From contig CDRNST010000310.1 of assembly GCA_977016875.1 (NCBI GenBank), positions 930,001 through 994,000 of the forward strand: DNA of 64,000 nt. The letters run 5' to 3'. Shown here piece by piece: positions 1 through 13,297 of this stretch (its first letter is position 1; each line of letters opens with the position of its first letter). Both the position numbers and the translations under genes were made by a program. The DNA comes from Pavona decussata. Taxonomy: Eukaryota. The notes below the pieces were generated by a model that saw only the letters and a list, made by a program, of their open reading frames with translations, was not told the DNA's origin and searched no databases.

Positions 1-487
1 ACCTCGTTTAAATGCTGAAGGGATATCAATGGTAATAAGCTATCATCTCATACCCAACGCTCATGGAATAATTGTTAAATTTACTAGGTACTGTTGGAAA
101 TAATCTGGAGGGTCAACTTTAATGGCCAATCATTCGCTGAGCACGCAGAATCTTATACGTTCTTGCATAAACACATGGAAAATTATTTGTTTTTGTTTTC
201 AGTTAATGAACAATGAAAAATTCTCAGTTCAGCCAGCGAGAGTGAGCATTCTCTAAAGGTTATTTAAGGTGGTGGAGTAGGCCGACCTGCATCGTTTGCA
301 ACGTCTTACATGGTTGGTCAATTGAAAAAACAACAAGCCACAGCTGCAGGTTATAAGGGTCCAGTGAAAATAGAGCTTTTTAAAGGTGCAGGCCTACTAA
401 ATAGTTTTTGTTCAATGGAGGGTAAGAGCGCGCCTTTGAAAAACCCAAGGTCAGTTGGTGTTAGGGACATGTAACTAAGAATGACTA

Positions 488-739
488 CAGTCGACTCTCG
501 ATAACTCGAACCCTCGCTAACTCGAACCTCGCGCTACCTCGAACCAATTTTCCTTTCCTTTCAGGTCATTCTCTATATACAGTCGACTCTCGATAACTCG
601 AACCCTCGCTAACTCGAACCTCGCGCTAACTCGAACCAATTTACCTTTCCTTTCAGGTCATTCTCTATGTGATTTTACCCTCGATAACTCGAACCTTTTT
701 CAATTTCCCTTGAAGGTTCGAGTTATCGCGAGTCGACTG
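488..739. mobile_element. Tc1/pogo-type MITE with a duplicated left end
   Basis: TIR CAGTCGACTCTCGATAACTCGAACC, TA TSDs (486-487, 740-741); left end repeated at 580 (92-bp period). Confidence 0.8.
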
Positions 740-741
740 TA

Positions 742-931
742 GTATCTATTGTAATTTCTCCTTTCGGTATCACCGCTGAATCAAACATTAAAGTCATGAG
801 AATAAAGGAAATGATCATTAACTAAAGAAGCTCTCGATTGTTAAAAAAAATTCTCCTTGTCAGTGCCATAGGAAATGTATAGGGAACAGATTGGAGAATA
901 CGCATACTGATGTACGGGTTTAAAGGATTAC
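742..931. repeat. Abundant coral non-autonomous repeat (TTAACCCTTTACAC-type end)
   Basis: Resembles a high-copy pocilloporid repeat ending ...catactgatg..ggg..taaagg..tta; recognised from memory, not searched. Confidence 0.5.
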
Positions 932-1294
932 CAAATCTTTACTTTTCAGAAAATTACACTGAGTTTATAAATGAATAGCGAGTGTTGATATCAACATTGT
1001 CGGCAAAGCGACACATCAGAAAATGGTGACTGACCATCTCAGTTTCTTTCATAAAAGGATTATTTGCCAATAAGTCCAATAATTATATACGCTAATTAAC
1101 ATTGAAAATACGCGTGTCTATATGATATAGAGACGCGTATTTTTAAATGTTGATTAGCGTTTATGTCAAAGCTAGTGAGTTTGTTTGGCAGTTTGATTCT
1201 TTTCTTTTCCTCGCATCGGTTCTAAAAAGACCAGGAGGGAGTCACTAAAAAGATGTATCAATCCTATTTATTCTTATGGCTTTCGGCAAGGGAA

Positions 1295-1568
1295 CGAGAG
1301 TTGATGACAGCTTGAGCTATGGAGAGAACGAAGTAGCCTACTCTGACTCTGAGAGTCGATAAGGGCACAATCAGGAGAGTGTTACAGTCCTAACATATCT
1401 CCGAGGAGACCTCTCAGTATAAGCCCGGGGGTTTCTTGAGGTCTCCTCGCCACTTCTTACTTCTTCTTTTACTGTTATTATTCACTGTAAACTTATGTAA
1501 GATCTTAGTCTATTATTCACTGTAACTTTGTGTGAATGTATGTCGTGGTGAATAAAATAAAAAAAAAA
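1295..1568 (+). mobile_element. 3' end of a LINE (CR1/L2-like)
   Basis: Stem-loop gaggagacc...ggtctcctc, T-rich tract, AATAAA and A tail. Confidence 0.55.
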
Positions 1569-4500
1569 GATTGCAGCGTACAAAAGCGGCTACCGAGAGA
1601 GAAAGAATTTAAATGACAACGTACAGGAGCCGGTTCCCGGTTAAACCAAGAATCGATTATAATGCTCGAGAGCACACTAGAGTCTAACCTACACTGGAGA
1701 ATTATCGCTCAAAAGATCTTCTTCTTCGATCTTCTGTCAACTTTCTTGATCGTTAAATTCCCGTTTTATCCAGGTTAATTGAATAAAATACTGATTCAGT
1801 TTCTGTAACTGATTTGTCAGGCGGAAAAAAAAATGAAAGGAGTTATGGAAAGGAGTTGCCAGATGTCGCACTATCCTTGCCGACCAAGACATATCACTGG
1901 TAATGATGGAACTGACATGTGGAGGATAGAAAAGTAATCGAACTAGGGACTCGATTCAGGAACTAACCAGCATTCCCACACTTTTACCCTAAAAGGAAAC
2001 TAAACTCACTTTTTTTTTTTTAATTTAAGCTTTAATATAGGAACTAATGCCTTTTAGTAAGTGCATCATTCTCCCACGTTCGGCTATTACGGTAAAATGA
2101 CCGCTTGTTTAAATGGTTAGGACTCTTTGACATTACTGCAACAGTTTATTTTCACGTTAAAAAAGTTTTCTATTCCAAAGGAAAACTTAAGTTAAAACAA
2201 ACTCCCTTTGTTTTTTTGTTTTGTTTTGTTTTTTTTTTGTAAGGATGCCCGTCTCTATTGTAGAGATATGTTTATAAAATTGCTTTCACACGCCAGACAG
2301 TGATTTCTGAAATTGAGAAAAGGAAAATTTTCTTTTTTGTCTGTTTGACCATACTATATAGCTGTGGCATCATTAGATAAACAATACAGGCTTTTTCATC
2401 AAATTCTGGTGTTTTCATGAAAATAATTAATTTTATACACACAACAGTATCAACACGGCTAATGCGACCGCAGTCATTGTGGAACTCCGACATGGCAAGA
2501 AACTGAATTTCAAGCGAAAAAATTAAGCGACAACCTTAATGAAAAGTTCCTGTTGGCCAAATCGTGTTCAAACGTTGCGCATAGCCCACATAGTAGGCCA
2601 CTTACTGTAAATCTTTATTAGTAGTTCAAAATTGCGGGATTAAATTCAAAACGATATTCTACGAGCGAGCCATGAACAAAAGAGCAAGTAAAATCTAAAG
2701 TTTGGTTCCAATGCAAATGAAAACCCATGCGAAAGTAAAAGGCATCATGTTATAGATGGATGGTATGGATGCTCATTGATAAGGTATAGCCTAAGGCGAA
2801 TGTTGCCTGATTTGCCAGCTTTTAGTTACCGTGAACTTTTCCAGAGGCCTAAACGCTTCCGTGTTTTTCTTTTTTTAGGTTTGTAGTGATCTTCACATGC
2901 AGGTGAAGCGGTAAATTGCTGAATATTTCTCAGTGTTTCCAATTAATACAATTTGACGTGCGTAATTGCCATTCGTTCGTTCAGCGAACACAATTTTGCG
3001 AAATTTAAAGTAAAGCTGGCTTCTTCAGAAACGTAAACAACTGTCAACTGTTATTAATAGTAATAACCTCCGCCGGGCAGTATAGGTCGTTTATACCTCT
3101 GTATATTTTTTAAAGTCGAGTGCTGAAGAGATTCGCTAGTGCGATATCATAGTAGTAACCTTATGTGAAGTCTTTGTTGTACTGTTTCACCCTGCAGCGT
3201 GCGTGATAAGACATTTATCTTCTTCTAGCTTCATTTCCGTGATTACACTTCATCATAATGGACATTGAACTTTGGATGATTTCTAAGCGCTGTTTTCACG
3301 AAGTTAGGGTAACCTTACCTATGCCGTTCGGAGAATCCATCGACTGTTCTTCTTTTTCTTACTTACTTTCTTACTTACACGATTGTTAACAAAAAAGTTA
3401 CCATCAGATGAGATTGCGTCCTTGATTCTGTTGTAGCTCGTGGTATCTCATCTGGTATACTATGTCATTTTGTAATGAGATGAAGAAGCTATTAGGAGGC
3501 GTCAGTGCGCGTTTAACTGCTTTTTCTGTAACTAACTCGTTTATAATCATTTAATTCTCCTCTTTCTTACTAAATATATACTCTTTTCCAACCCGGCAAA
3601 AAATAACATATTGATAGATTTGTCAAAGGAGAACTTCTTAACCCTAAGTACTACTTATACCCGGTCCATTAAAGGACAACCGTTCGTCAAGGCTTTCCTA
3701 CGGTGTTTTTATTCTGCTGTGCAAGATGGCTTTAATTTTTATTAAGTGTAAAAACACAATCTACGAAATTCTCACTTTACAAATGGTAACTATTGCATGA
3801 TCGGCAGTACTTTAGTGCCATCGGTTTTAATAAGTTAAAACTTAAAGGGGTGTTTTTGTAAGAAATCTCAAGTGTGACTCAGGCATTAAGCGAAAGATTT
3901 TGACCAGCTAAGCTCCCATAATATGCATGTCCTGGTAATAGGCAAGGTAAAATCAGTGTAAAAATAAATCCAATTTGTCGTTTGTCACTCATGAAAGGGT
4001 CACCTATTTTTAGCGTCACTTTGCGTCAACGAAATGTTATAATTACTGTAATAGATGGCAAAGAAGTTCAAACATATTAAACTGCGGGATGGCAGGATGG
4101 AAATGGATTATTTTTAACTTAAAAAATTAAACAAAAAATTCAACTTCTTCCCATGTGCATTTGGAAAAATCGCGAAAAACTGATTATACTTTTTTTTCTT
4201 CCTTCGAAAAGTCTCTTCAAAGTTTGTTCCCGGTGTTCTGAATAAATATATACGCAATCTCGACAAAAATATAGGACTATCCTCGTGATTATATACCTTT
4301 ACTTCAGACTGAGAAAACTTCTTCAAATTCAGTTCGCAGTGCCTTGTATCGCGTTGATGTCTCATTTTTGTGACTGTAAATTGTATTGAGCGTCGCTTGT
4401 CGGTCCTAATTAACTTCAGACTTTGCCACGCTCATTACTAGAGAGGCTAGAACGAAAACCAAACATTAGGGCGACTGCTTGCTAGCTAGCAGACAAAGAG

Positions 4501-5373
4501 ATACTGATCAGTCGGCCCAGCTTGCTTGTTTTCTAGCGAAGTCAACTGGCGCATATTATTTGCTAAAACGCCTGACCAGTTATACCTGAAGTTTCAAGAC
4601 CGTTTTCAACATATCCCTTAGCTAGCGTCAACGAAAAATATTTCGACAACACTAGGCTGTCGGATATGGATGTGATTTAGCTGTTGGTATATTCATTTGT
4701 CACAAATATCAGCTTTGTTCAGCTTTACCTGAAGTTTACAAACCATTATGACTCTAAGATTAGCGATAGTATCGTTTATGTCATCTATAAATGAGGTAAA
4801 TACAATTTTGTCGAATCTTATTCTAATTCTAATCATCTGTCAGCAGACGCCCGTGTCTAGAATAAAAATTAAGAAATCACGTAGACAAATCATAAAATTA
4901 ATTACCAAGCGAAAACCACTAAGACAAAGAAATCATTTACAGATAATTTTACTCTCGTCCTTTTTTTTAAGTTTCTGGATCTCGCCATCCGTTCGGTCCA
5001 TGAACTTTATCAAAAAAAAAAAGGAACTCGCTCAATATTTCCCAATACGGACCTCACGGTAGTTCAATAACATATCTTTATGAAATTGTCCCTTAAGGGC
5101 GAATACGGCGTTCATATCAGATCCTCATCAAAGTGTATGCCTTTGGTTTATGACAGCTCTACTTATATGCGACCATCTCTCTTACTGAAATGCTAAAAAC
5201 CCTCAATCGTCAACCCGTGTTACGAGACGAGGTTAAAATTATGATCGCCGCTATGCATGCACTTCTCCTAACAACATGGTGCTTGAAAAATAGCACCAAC
5301 GATTAATACAAGTTGGCTGATGGTTAAACTTTCGATAACATAAAAAAGAGTTGTCCAAGTGGTAACATATATA

Positions 5374-5580
5374 GGGGTGCGTTCGATTGACCCTATTCCG
5401 GAATAGGAATACATACAGTGGAGACAAGATATCCCTCATAAGAGGTTTTTGGAGTTACTGGAGTATGTGTGAGCGAAAGTTTGCAGAAACGTCTTCCCAA
5501 ATTTACTTAAAAAGAGGATTCTAACAGCTATATTCCGCTTATTCTTATTCCGGAATACGGTCAGTCAATCTAACGCAACC
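5374..5580. mobile_element. Harbinger-type MITE
   Basis: Inverted ends ggtgcgttcgattgac / gtcaatctaacgcaacc; absent at the paralogous site near 12210. Confidence 0.6.
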
Positions 5581-6515
5581 TAAGAGTTATATCCTTAAAA
5601 GCCAAGAGGCAAAAAGCTGAAATCTCTGATGCACAAACGAAAGAAAAAACATGTGAGTTACAATTAACTAAAACCACCAATGTTGTTTCCGAAATAAATA
5701 CATTTAACAAGGGCTTTTCCTCTACTTTGTTTGAAGCAGATTCGTTGAAAAGGAAATTTAAACACGTAGACCGACCGTTGTAAAAAATGAACTTCTCGAA
5801 AAAAACAATTGTCGCTTATCTAGAAGAAACTGTCTTCACCAAAGGCCATTTTCAAGCTCACTTTTTTTTTCTTTCATGTCCGTTTAGCTTGGGATCAAAA
5901 TTCATGTACAAGCTGTACGTGTCATCAGATTTTCTAAGTAGAAGCGCTATATTTGGTTTAATGACACAAATGTGATTGTTTAGAGAATAAATTTGCCTTA
6001 ATAAACGGAAATGGAATATATTTAAAGACCAAATACTCATTTGCGGAATGAAAACGTTTTGTTTTACAGCTGTCTGATATGGGATGCCTACTTTCCTAAA
6101 AAATTTTCCATTTTACAATAAAACTGCCATCAAATAAACTCAGATTTTGTAACCGATCTTTCCCATACAAGTTCATTAAGGTACATTTCAATAATTAGAG
6201 TAGTAGAGTACAATTTAACCTAATTTTACTGACTGGGACGTGACAAAAAAACGTCAGTCAGTCGAATATAATCCATCTTCCGCATTCTATTTATGCGCCA
6301 GGAAGGTCTAAGAGTCTCATTCCGTACCGCAAATGCGATATTAAGTGGGGGGAAAATAACGAGGTGGAAATTTAGAAAAAACAACTTATGATTTGTCTTT
6401 TGTTCCTTAATTAATTCTCTCACATTATCATTAAGGAAGTGTTTTTTATCTCGACTGAAGACGCCACGCTCTCGTATACACGGACAAGCTATTACAGCTT
6501 TGGCCAAACAAAAAG

Positions 6516-6522
6516 TATAAAA
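6516..6522 (+). promoter_or_regulatory. TATA box of gene 1
   Basis: TATAAAA about 120 nt upstream of the ATG; conserved in the duplicate at 16686. Confidence 0.6.
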
Positions 6523-6637
6523 GGAGACGTCTCACACCAGGAGGTCATCGCATTTATTTCCCAACTTTGTGGCTTTGAGCAAGACGCCGACGAAAACATT
6601 TCCTAAAAGTAACGTTACATTATCTATCTTAAAGAAA

Positions 6638-6790
6638 ATGAGTAGGGGATTCACATATATTCTTTTGGCCATTGTGCTTTTGTCTCTCGTATCTTCGAGC
6701 AGCGCATTTACGGCAGGATCAAGAAGGCCAGATTTCCGAACGGGAAAACGCAGTTGGGCAGATGCACTAAAATTAGCCGACGATAAACAG
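6638..6790 (+). CDS. FTAG-peptide precursor gene 1, exon 1 (signal peptide + FTAGSRRPDFRT-GKR)
   Basis: ATG at 6638 (aaaATG); MSRGFTYILLAIVLLSLVSSSSA|FTAGSRRPDFRT-GKR-SWADALKLADDKQ; phase-0 donor CAG|gtatgt at 6790; TATAAAA at 6516. Confidence 0.85.
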
Positions 6791-8888
6791 GTATGTGGCC
6801 CAACGGTTCAATCAGTTCGCGTGGAAATTCCCCCAAAAATGAGGTATAACCCCACATTTTGCAAATATAATATTAATCATCTTTAAAAAGAAAACCTCTA
6901 ATTTGACACAAATTCCCCCCAAAATGAGGTATAACCCCCGCATTTTGTAAATATAATACTAATGATCTTTAAAAAGAAAACCTCTAATTTGACACAAAAT
7001 GCCATACATTCTAAGTGATGTATTTTAAAGCATTTTAGAATCATGATTGCTGCTTAAATAGATTTGCGTGGTTACCATAAATTTTCTTTCTGGATTCCAG
7101 AAACACTTGCTAAGATCTTATTTTCTCGCACAGTCATAAAAAAGTAAAAATTTCGTTGTATTAGGAGGCATCGACCTTAAGGCGGGTCTTTTTTTTTTCT
7201 TCTGTCTGGCTGGCCGTCTGCCAGTTTCAAACTCCGGAAAATCTTTTTTGCCTGAAAAGTATTCTTTTACTCCTTTCCTTTCGAGCGGTAGTTTTTTTGG
7301 TCCAAACTATAGACCAATATAGTTTTTGAAACTATTAAAACTTACGCTTTTAATGTTTACATTTAAAAATCGTTAAGAATTTAATTACTCTGCAATTAAC
7401 CGTGTGTTCTGGTAGCATAATATTTCGCGCCATGAACGGTTCCGAACGTTTTACGGTACGTGCCAATTATAGTAAACATCTGTTAGTTAATTCAGGCTAC
7501 ACTGCAAGCAGTCCTTTGTAACTTTTTCTCGGGAATTAACATCTGTTAGTTGATTTACACTACACTGCAAGCAGTCCCTTGTCACTTTTTCCCGGTACGT
7601 GCCGAGTATAGTAAACATCTGTGAGTTGATTCAGACTACACTGCAAGCAGTTCCTTGTTTGATTTGATGACTTACATCGAAGCGAGCGAGCTAATAACGC
7701 CAACAGGCGAAGGAGGAACACAAGCTTGACGAGACTGGATTGACTAAACCAGCAAGGAGCCGGATCCTTTTCGTACGTGGCGCTCCCTGCTGGCTTGCTC
7801 GCTCCATTCCCTTCGAGTTTGTTTTGCCCTTCCTCTTGCACGTATGATGAGTCAGAATTATTTCTCACCACTATTCTAGAGAGGAACTGATTATAGTCTA
7901 ATTTAATTGACATCGAATTTCGGATAATTCTTCGCTACTTCAGGCGGTAAAGGAATCGTAAATGCCAACAGAAATCTGGTGTCAATCTTGAAGCACGCAA
8001 AAGAGAAAGAAAATGACCACTGGTAATAACATACAGTGAAACTAAATTTGGCAAACTCCAGTCTCGCTGAAGTATAATATTAATTTTCGTTACTTTTTAC
8101 ACCAACGTAACCATGTGAAGAGACCTAGTCCTTTTACATCCGTGAATATCTGGCACTACCGGTGCAGTGCTATCGCAAGTTATGAATTTCACTCTCTTGT
8201 GAGCTGTGATTATAATAGCAGGTTATTTTAACATGACCCGTAATTACTGTAGTTACTGTCCCCATCCTAGCAAACCGATTAAATCGATTATGAAATGCAT
8301 AATAACCAATAAGACGCTTTGTCAATCAAACATATGAACCAATGAGAACTTGAAGAAAATACGTCAAGCAAATGGTTACGATCAAAACAAGAGAGAGCAA
8401 GTTACGATGATTTGAGATGGTCCTATAAAATTAGAAATTTTGAGATGATTTTTTTACACAGCTTGATCAGGAAGTTTTTCAGTTAAAGGCGAAGTGTTAC
8501 GGAGATTTAGTGTCATTTTAAAAACTCACAAAACTTTTTCCTATTAACAGGAACCTAAACATATAATGGTCCAGTTTTGTTATTAATTACTACTCAGCGT
8601 ACTAAAACTGTAAACGAGTGTTGCTGGCCAAAAAAGGACTGGGTTGGAATCTATTGCAACTTGAAATTTGTTTTTAGTTCTCGCACAAGTTAGCGCAAAA
8701 TACACTAGGACAGATCATGAATTGTTCCATTCAAACTAAGTGAAGGTAGTATTGTTGCACTATTTTCACCAAAAAAAGATCAAAATCCCAGTGACAATCA
8801 ATAGTACAACTGTATGGATTCATCGCTTGATTGTCAGCTTTCGATTTTCGTTCATTGAACTTACGTATTTTCATATCTCATTCTTTAG

Positions 8889-8996
8889 CCAGATACACTG
8901 AAGGCATTATGTCAAAAGGTGTATCCATGTGAGGAGGAATACAGACGAGAAAGCCTTACAAGTACAATTCAACGACTGGCAAAAGATGAGGAATAG
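8889..8996 (+). CDS. FTAG-peptide precursor gene 1, exon 2 (Cys-pair C-terminal part)
   Basis: Acceptor catatctcattctttag|CCA; in frame PDTLKALCQKVYPCEEEYRRESLTSTIQRLAKDEE*; conserved in the duplicate at 18203 while most of the intron is not; spliced product 86 aa. Confidence 0.8.
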   Translation, partial: PDTLKALCQKVYPCEEEYRRESLTSTIQRLAKDEE

Positions 8997-9328
8997 TGAT
9001 CGATCGATGAATCATCACCTACAAAACTAGAATTCATGACTATTTTACATCATATAAAATAAGAGCTTATATTTCAACAGATTTATATGTTTGTAAGTGG
9101 AACGTTAAAACTTTTAAATTAAAATTGTAACTAACATAAAATTTTTGTAATTGGGTAGAGAATAATAAGCATTCCTGAGATCAATTGACGCATGAAGCAG
9201 TTAAATGTCATTGAATTAAACTAACCACTCTGTTAATGCCCTCCACTTTAAAGTGGTGATATTCAACAATTTCATTAACTGTCTTCAAATTCAAGATGAG
9301 GTCTGTGTGTGCCATCCTTTTCGGTCTG

Positions 9329-9558
9329 GGCCCAGTTGTTCAAAGCCCGATTAAACTAATCCTGGATTATAGTGAACTTTGATTCGAGATTAATTAGTAG
9401 TCAATAAAGATTTTTCCAAAATATTTTTGTCCCTTAGTTTAGATTTGGAGCAGTTTCTCTATCATAAGCTTATAGCTATCCTTTTAAGGATAAAATTGAA
9501 TTAAAAAATCCATGATTTTCAAAGAGCGAGCGTTAATCGGCTTTCGAACAACCAGGCC
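9329..9558. mobile_element. MITE with CTG target duplication
   Basis: TIR ggcccagttgttcaaagcc / ggctttcgaacaaccaggcc flanked by CTG on both sides. Confidence 0.65.
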
Positions 9559-9979
9559 CTGATGAATATTGGGGTTACAAATTCTCCATCACAGGGAGTA
9601 GTCTTTTCAATTATCCATTTGTTTGTAACATTTAAGTTTCATGATCAATAATAGCCTCCTCTACCGAATTCACTTATGTTATTCTTGAGCCGTGCTGATG
9701 ATTCACAGCGGGAGACATGTCATTTGCAAACTCTATGTGGCTATAAAGCACTGTGTCTAAAAATAGATTTGTCTGAGGTAATTTCTTGCCATTTGGTCAA
9801 GACATGCAAGTCTCCCAGCCTTAAATTCACCAACAGGTACAAAATGAGAACAGTCCTTTTCAAAACAAATGGTGAGGTCCCTAAACTTTGTCGGTTCGTG
9901 CGCATCCTCATAACTGTCTTGGTGTACTGCATCTGTTTGTCTTTTTCCCCTTTCTGATTCTTTTGACTGTCGTTAGTTA

Positions 9980-11330
9980 TGGCGATAGGGGCGATTAACT
10001 GAAAAATTAAGGCCCCTGAGAGGATGGGTTGTATGAAGCTCGAGATCGTCCATGTATCAGCCCTCTTCCTCTACCGAGCGGTAACGGCCAGCACAACCGT
10101 AACCTTTTGACCTCTGGTTCTGTTTCTGACCCATATCCTTCTTGATTACCTAGTTGGTTTTATCAATCCCATCGAGTCTTTTGGAGGTGTTTCCTCAAAA
10201 TAGAAAATCATTTATCGGTACAGATGGTGAGAACAGAGACAAATAATTTACGTAAATTTCTTTCACAGTTTGCGTAACATTTGATGCTTGCCAGATCTTA
10301 TCAGATCATCAACGTCATTTGTCACTGTCTGAAAGGTGGACGACTCAGGCACTTGGTCATTTCTCACAGGCTCCCATGTCCCTGAAATTTTGGATTTTAA
10401 TTCTTAATTGTGATCAAGACAATTCCTTTGACAAGCCCAATTTGGGCAAAGGATCGTAATCGGTTCCATTAATGAGTTCGTCGGCTTGGGTTGACAACTA
10501 GCTGGGCGAAGTATTTTGCCAATAATTCCCTTAGTTTTTACCTCATCGGCTTCTTGGATTTAATATGAGATTATTAACCATCTCGGCGGCAAGTTTCTCA
10601 TTGACACAGCCGTCCAGTTTTTCCTTCATGTTCAACTTCTCCGCGATGGCAGACAGCACGTTGTCATTTACACATTTCGTGGTTGTGGAAGGATCCGGAC
10701 TTACTTTGTGTCAACACTCCAAGAGCCTCCTTTTTATCTGCCTTGGATTTGTTCGAGCCGTGATTTATGTCAAACATTGTCCCATCTGATTTACCAGCGA
10801 TCGAAGTAGGTCTTTTGGCTCGCGGTGGTTTATCCTCGTCATGCTTAGAAGTATATATGTACTGCCCGGCCCTTGACAACGTTCGACTTATCCTCCTCGA
10901 CAGACCACGAGTTGGTGATAACATTTTGGAGTTGAGTGAAATTTTATTTTCTACCATCGTTGCAGATTAGAGTCAGTAATCATTGACCCAAATTTTACCA
11001 TCTCACTCGAGCTGTCTTTTTTTACCAGGGGATTGGCAAGTACTAGAGCTGGGACTCGGCGAGGTACGTACAATTCTTGCCTTTTTCCGCCATTACTGTT
11101 TGGGCTCCTTGTTGCATCCTTCACGCCACTAGAGCCATCCTCTGCTACTGGTGCTTTGTTGTGGTGGTTGCTACAAGCCCTTTCTTTGATTTCCCGTTTG
11201 GTAGTCAGATTTTCGCACTAGCCGCAACGACAGGCTTGCGTACTCGGCTGAAGTCTCGCAGGTCTGCCATGATCTCTATGTGTGAATGCCACGGAACAAA
11301 CGCAACATATTCTGTTATGGTGGTATCTGA
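9980..11330 (-). mobile_element. Degraded DIRS-like retrotransposon ORF1 (gag) relic
   Basis: Frameshifted pieces NVLSAIAEKLNMKEKLDGCVNEKLAAEMVNNL and KLRELLAKY/LRPASC resemble DIRS ORF1 motifs as I recall them; many stops. Confidence 0.4.
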
Positions 11331-13059
11331 CGTAACCTCCATCTAATCAATCATACCAAAACAACCGTCCAAAATGGGTGTCATTTTGTTTCGTATCTGG
11401 CGTACATTATTGGTGCCAAGTTTGGGCAGCATCACTCCAATATTTCCCGAGATATCCTTGATTTTGTCATTTATCTTTTGAAATAAGTTTTTGAACAAAA
11501 TTGGATATCTCTCGAACGAGGGAAGATATTTCAGAAACGAAAAAACTGATTATTCCTCAGTTTAATATGCCTTTCAAACAAGCATAAGTTATTTTTTACT
11601 TTATAGGTACTAAGAACCCACATTTTGACTATACAAGGTCGTGAGGAACAGCTAATCCCATGAGATATTTACAAAATCAAACTATTTTTCCTGTTTTGGG
11701 CGTGTGGTGATCTTCACATGCAGATGAGGCGGTAAATCCCTGAATATTTCTCAGTGTTTACAATAAATACAGTTCAACGTGCGTAATTAGTGTACGTTCA
11801 GCGAACAAAATTTTAAGAAAAGTAAACATGGCTGGTCTCTGACAACTTAAAATTTTAAGAAAAGTAAAGCTGGTCTCTGACAACTGTCTTATGACAACTG
11901 TTATTAATAGTAATAGTCTGCGCGGGATAGATCCGTATATTTTTAAATTCGCGTGCTGAAGATATCCAATCCTTATCATAGTAGTATGCTTGTGGTTTTT
12001 GATAGTTCTACTTATGTTTGACCATAATATGTTAATGAAATGCGAAAAGTTCTCAATAATCAACTTTGTTGTGTGACGAGGTTAAAATTATTATCGCCGC
12101 TATGTGTGCACTTCCCCTAAAAAAAATTATGTCTAAAAATAGTGCCGACGATAAGTTCGCTGATGGTTGAACTTTCGATAACAAAAAGAAAAATTTCTCC
12201 AAATTGGTTATCATGAAAGAGTTTTATCCTTAAAACAAGAAGACAAAGTTAAAATCTCAGATGCGTAAAGAGAAAAAATTGCTTCCGAAATAAACAAAAA
12301 GGGCTTACGTTTGAGCCGTTTTTCTAAGTTTGGAGAATATATTTGTTGTAATAAACGGAATTGGAATATGAAAGACCAAAATACTCATGATCATTTGTGG
12401 AATAAAACGTTTTGTTTTACAGCCGTGTGGTGTGGTCTCTATAAATGTTTTATTTTACAATAAAACTGTTGCTGTAAGGACGTTCTTGTCGACTTGCTTG
12501 ATCGCTGATTTCCCGTATTATCCAGATTAATTGAGTAAAATATTCATTCAGTATCTGTATCTGTCAGGCGGAAAAAATGAAAGGAGTTTCGCTTAATAAA
12601 TTTAACAATCCATAGCTGTTATGAATCAGACTGTTATGGAACTGACATGTGGAGAATAGGAAAGTCGAAATTGGAACTCGATTCAGGAACTAATCAGCAT
12701 TCTTACACTTTTACCCCAAAAGAAAACTAAAAACACTCAGTTTTAAATTTAAGCTTAAATATAACAGCTAACGAAAAACGTTTTGGTAAGTAGTATTAAC
12801 AGTTATAGTTAGTGTATTGTACGGAAATGCTTATTTTACACAGACAATGATTTCTAAAATTGAGAAAAGGAGCATAAAGAAAATTTTCTCCAAAATTGGT
12901 CATGAAAGAGTTGTATCCTTAAAGTAAGAGGAAAAAGTTAAAAATCTCAGAAGCGCAAAGGGAAAAATATGCTTCCGAAATAAACACATTTAAAGGGCTT
13001 TGACAAACTTTGTTTGAAACCGACGCAGTGAAACAAAATGTAAACTAGCTCCACTAAAA

Positions 13060-13207
13060 AGTAGGTGGTGGTCAACTAGATAGCCTTTGCTACTTTGACC
13101 ACCACACACATTTTATAATTTGTACTGTATTTATTTTTATCTTGTAATCATCTGTTGTCATACGTTTCTTTCTATGTTAATGTTGTGCAAATAGTGTAAA
13201 ATAAATG
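13060..13207 (+). mobile_element. LINE 3' end fragment
   Basis: Stem ggtggtcaa/ttgaccacc, T-rich tract, AATAAA. Confidence 0.45.
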
Positions 13208-13297
13208 AACCATGAACCGACGTAAAAAAATAACTCGCTCGAAAAGCCAATTAGAGCTTGTGCAAAAGGGACTACCTACCCCAAAGTTTTTGTTTAA

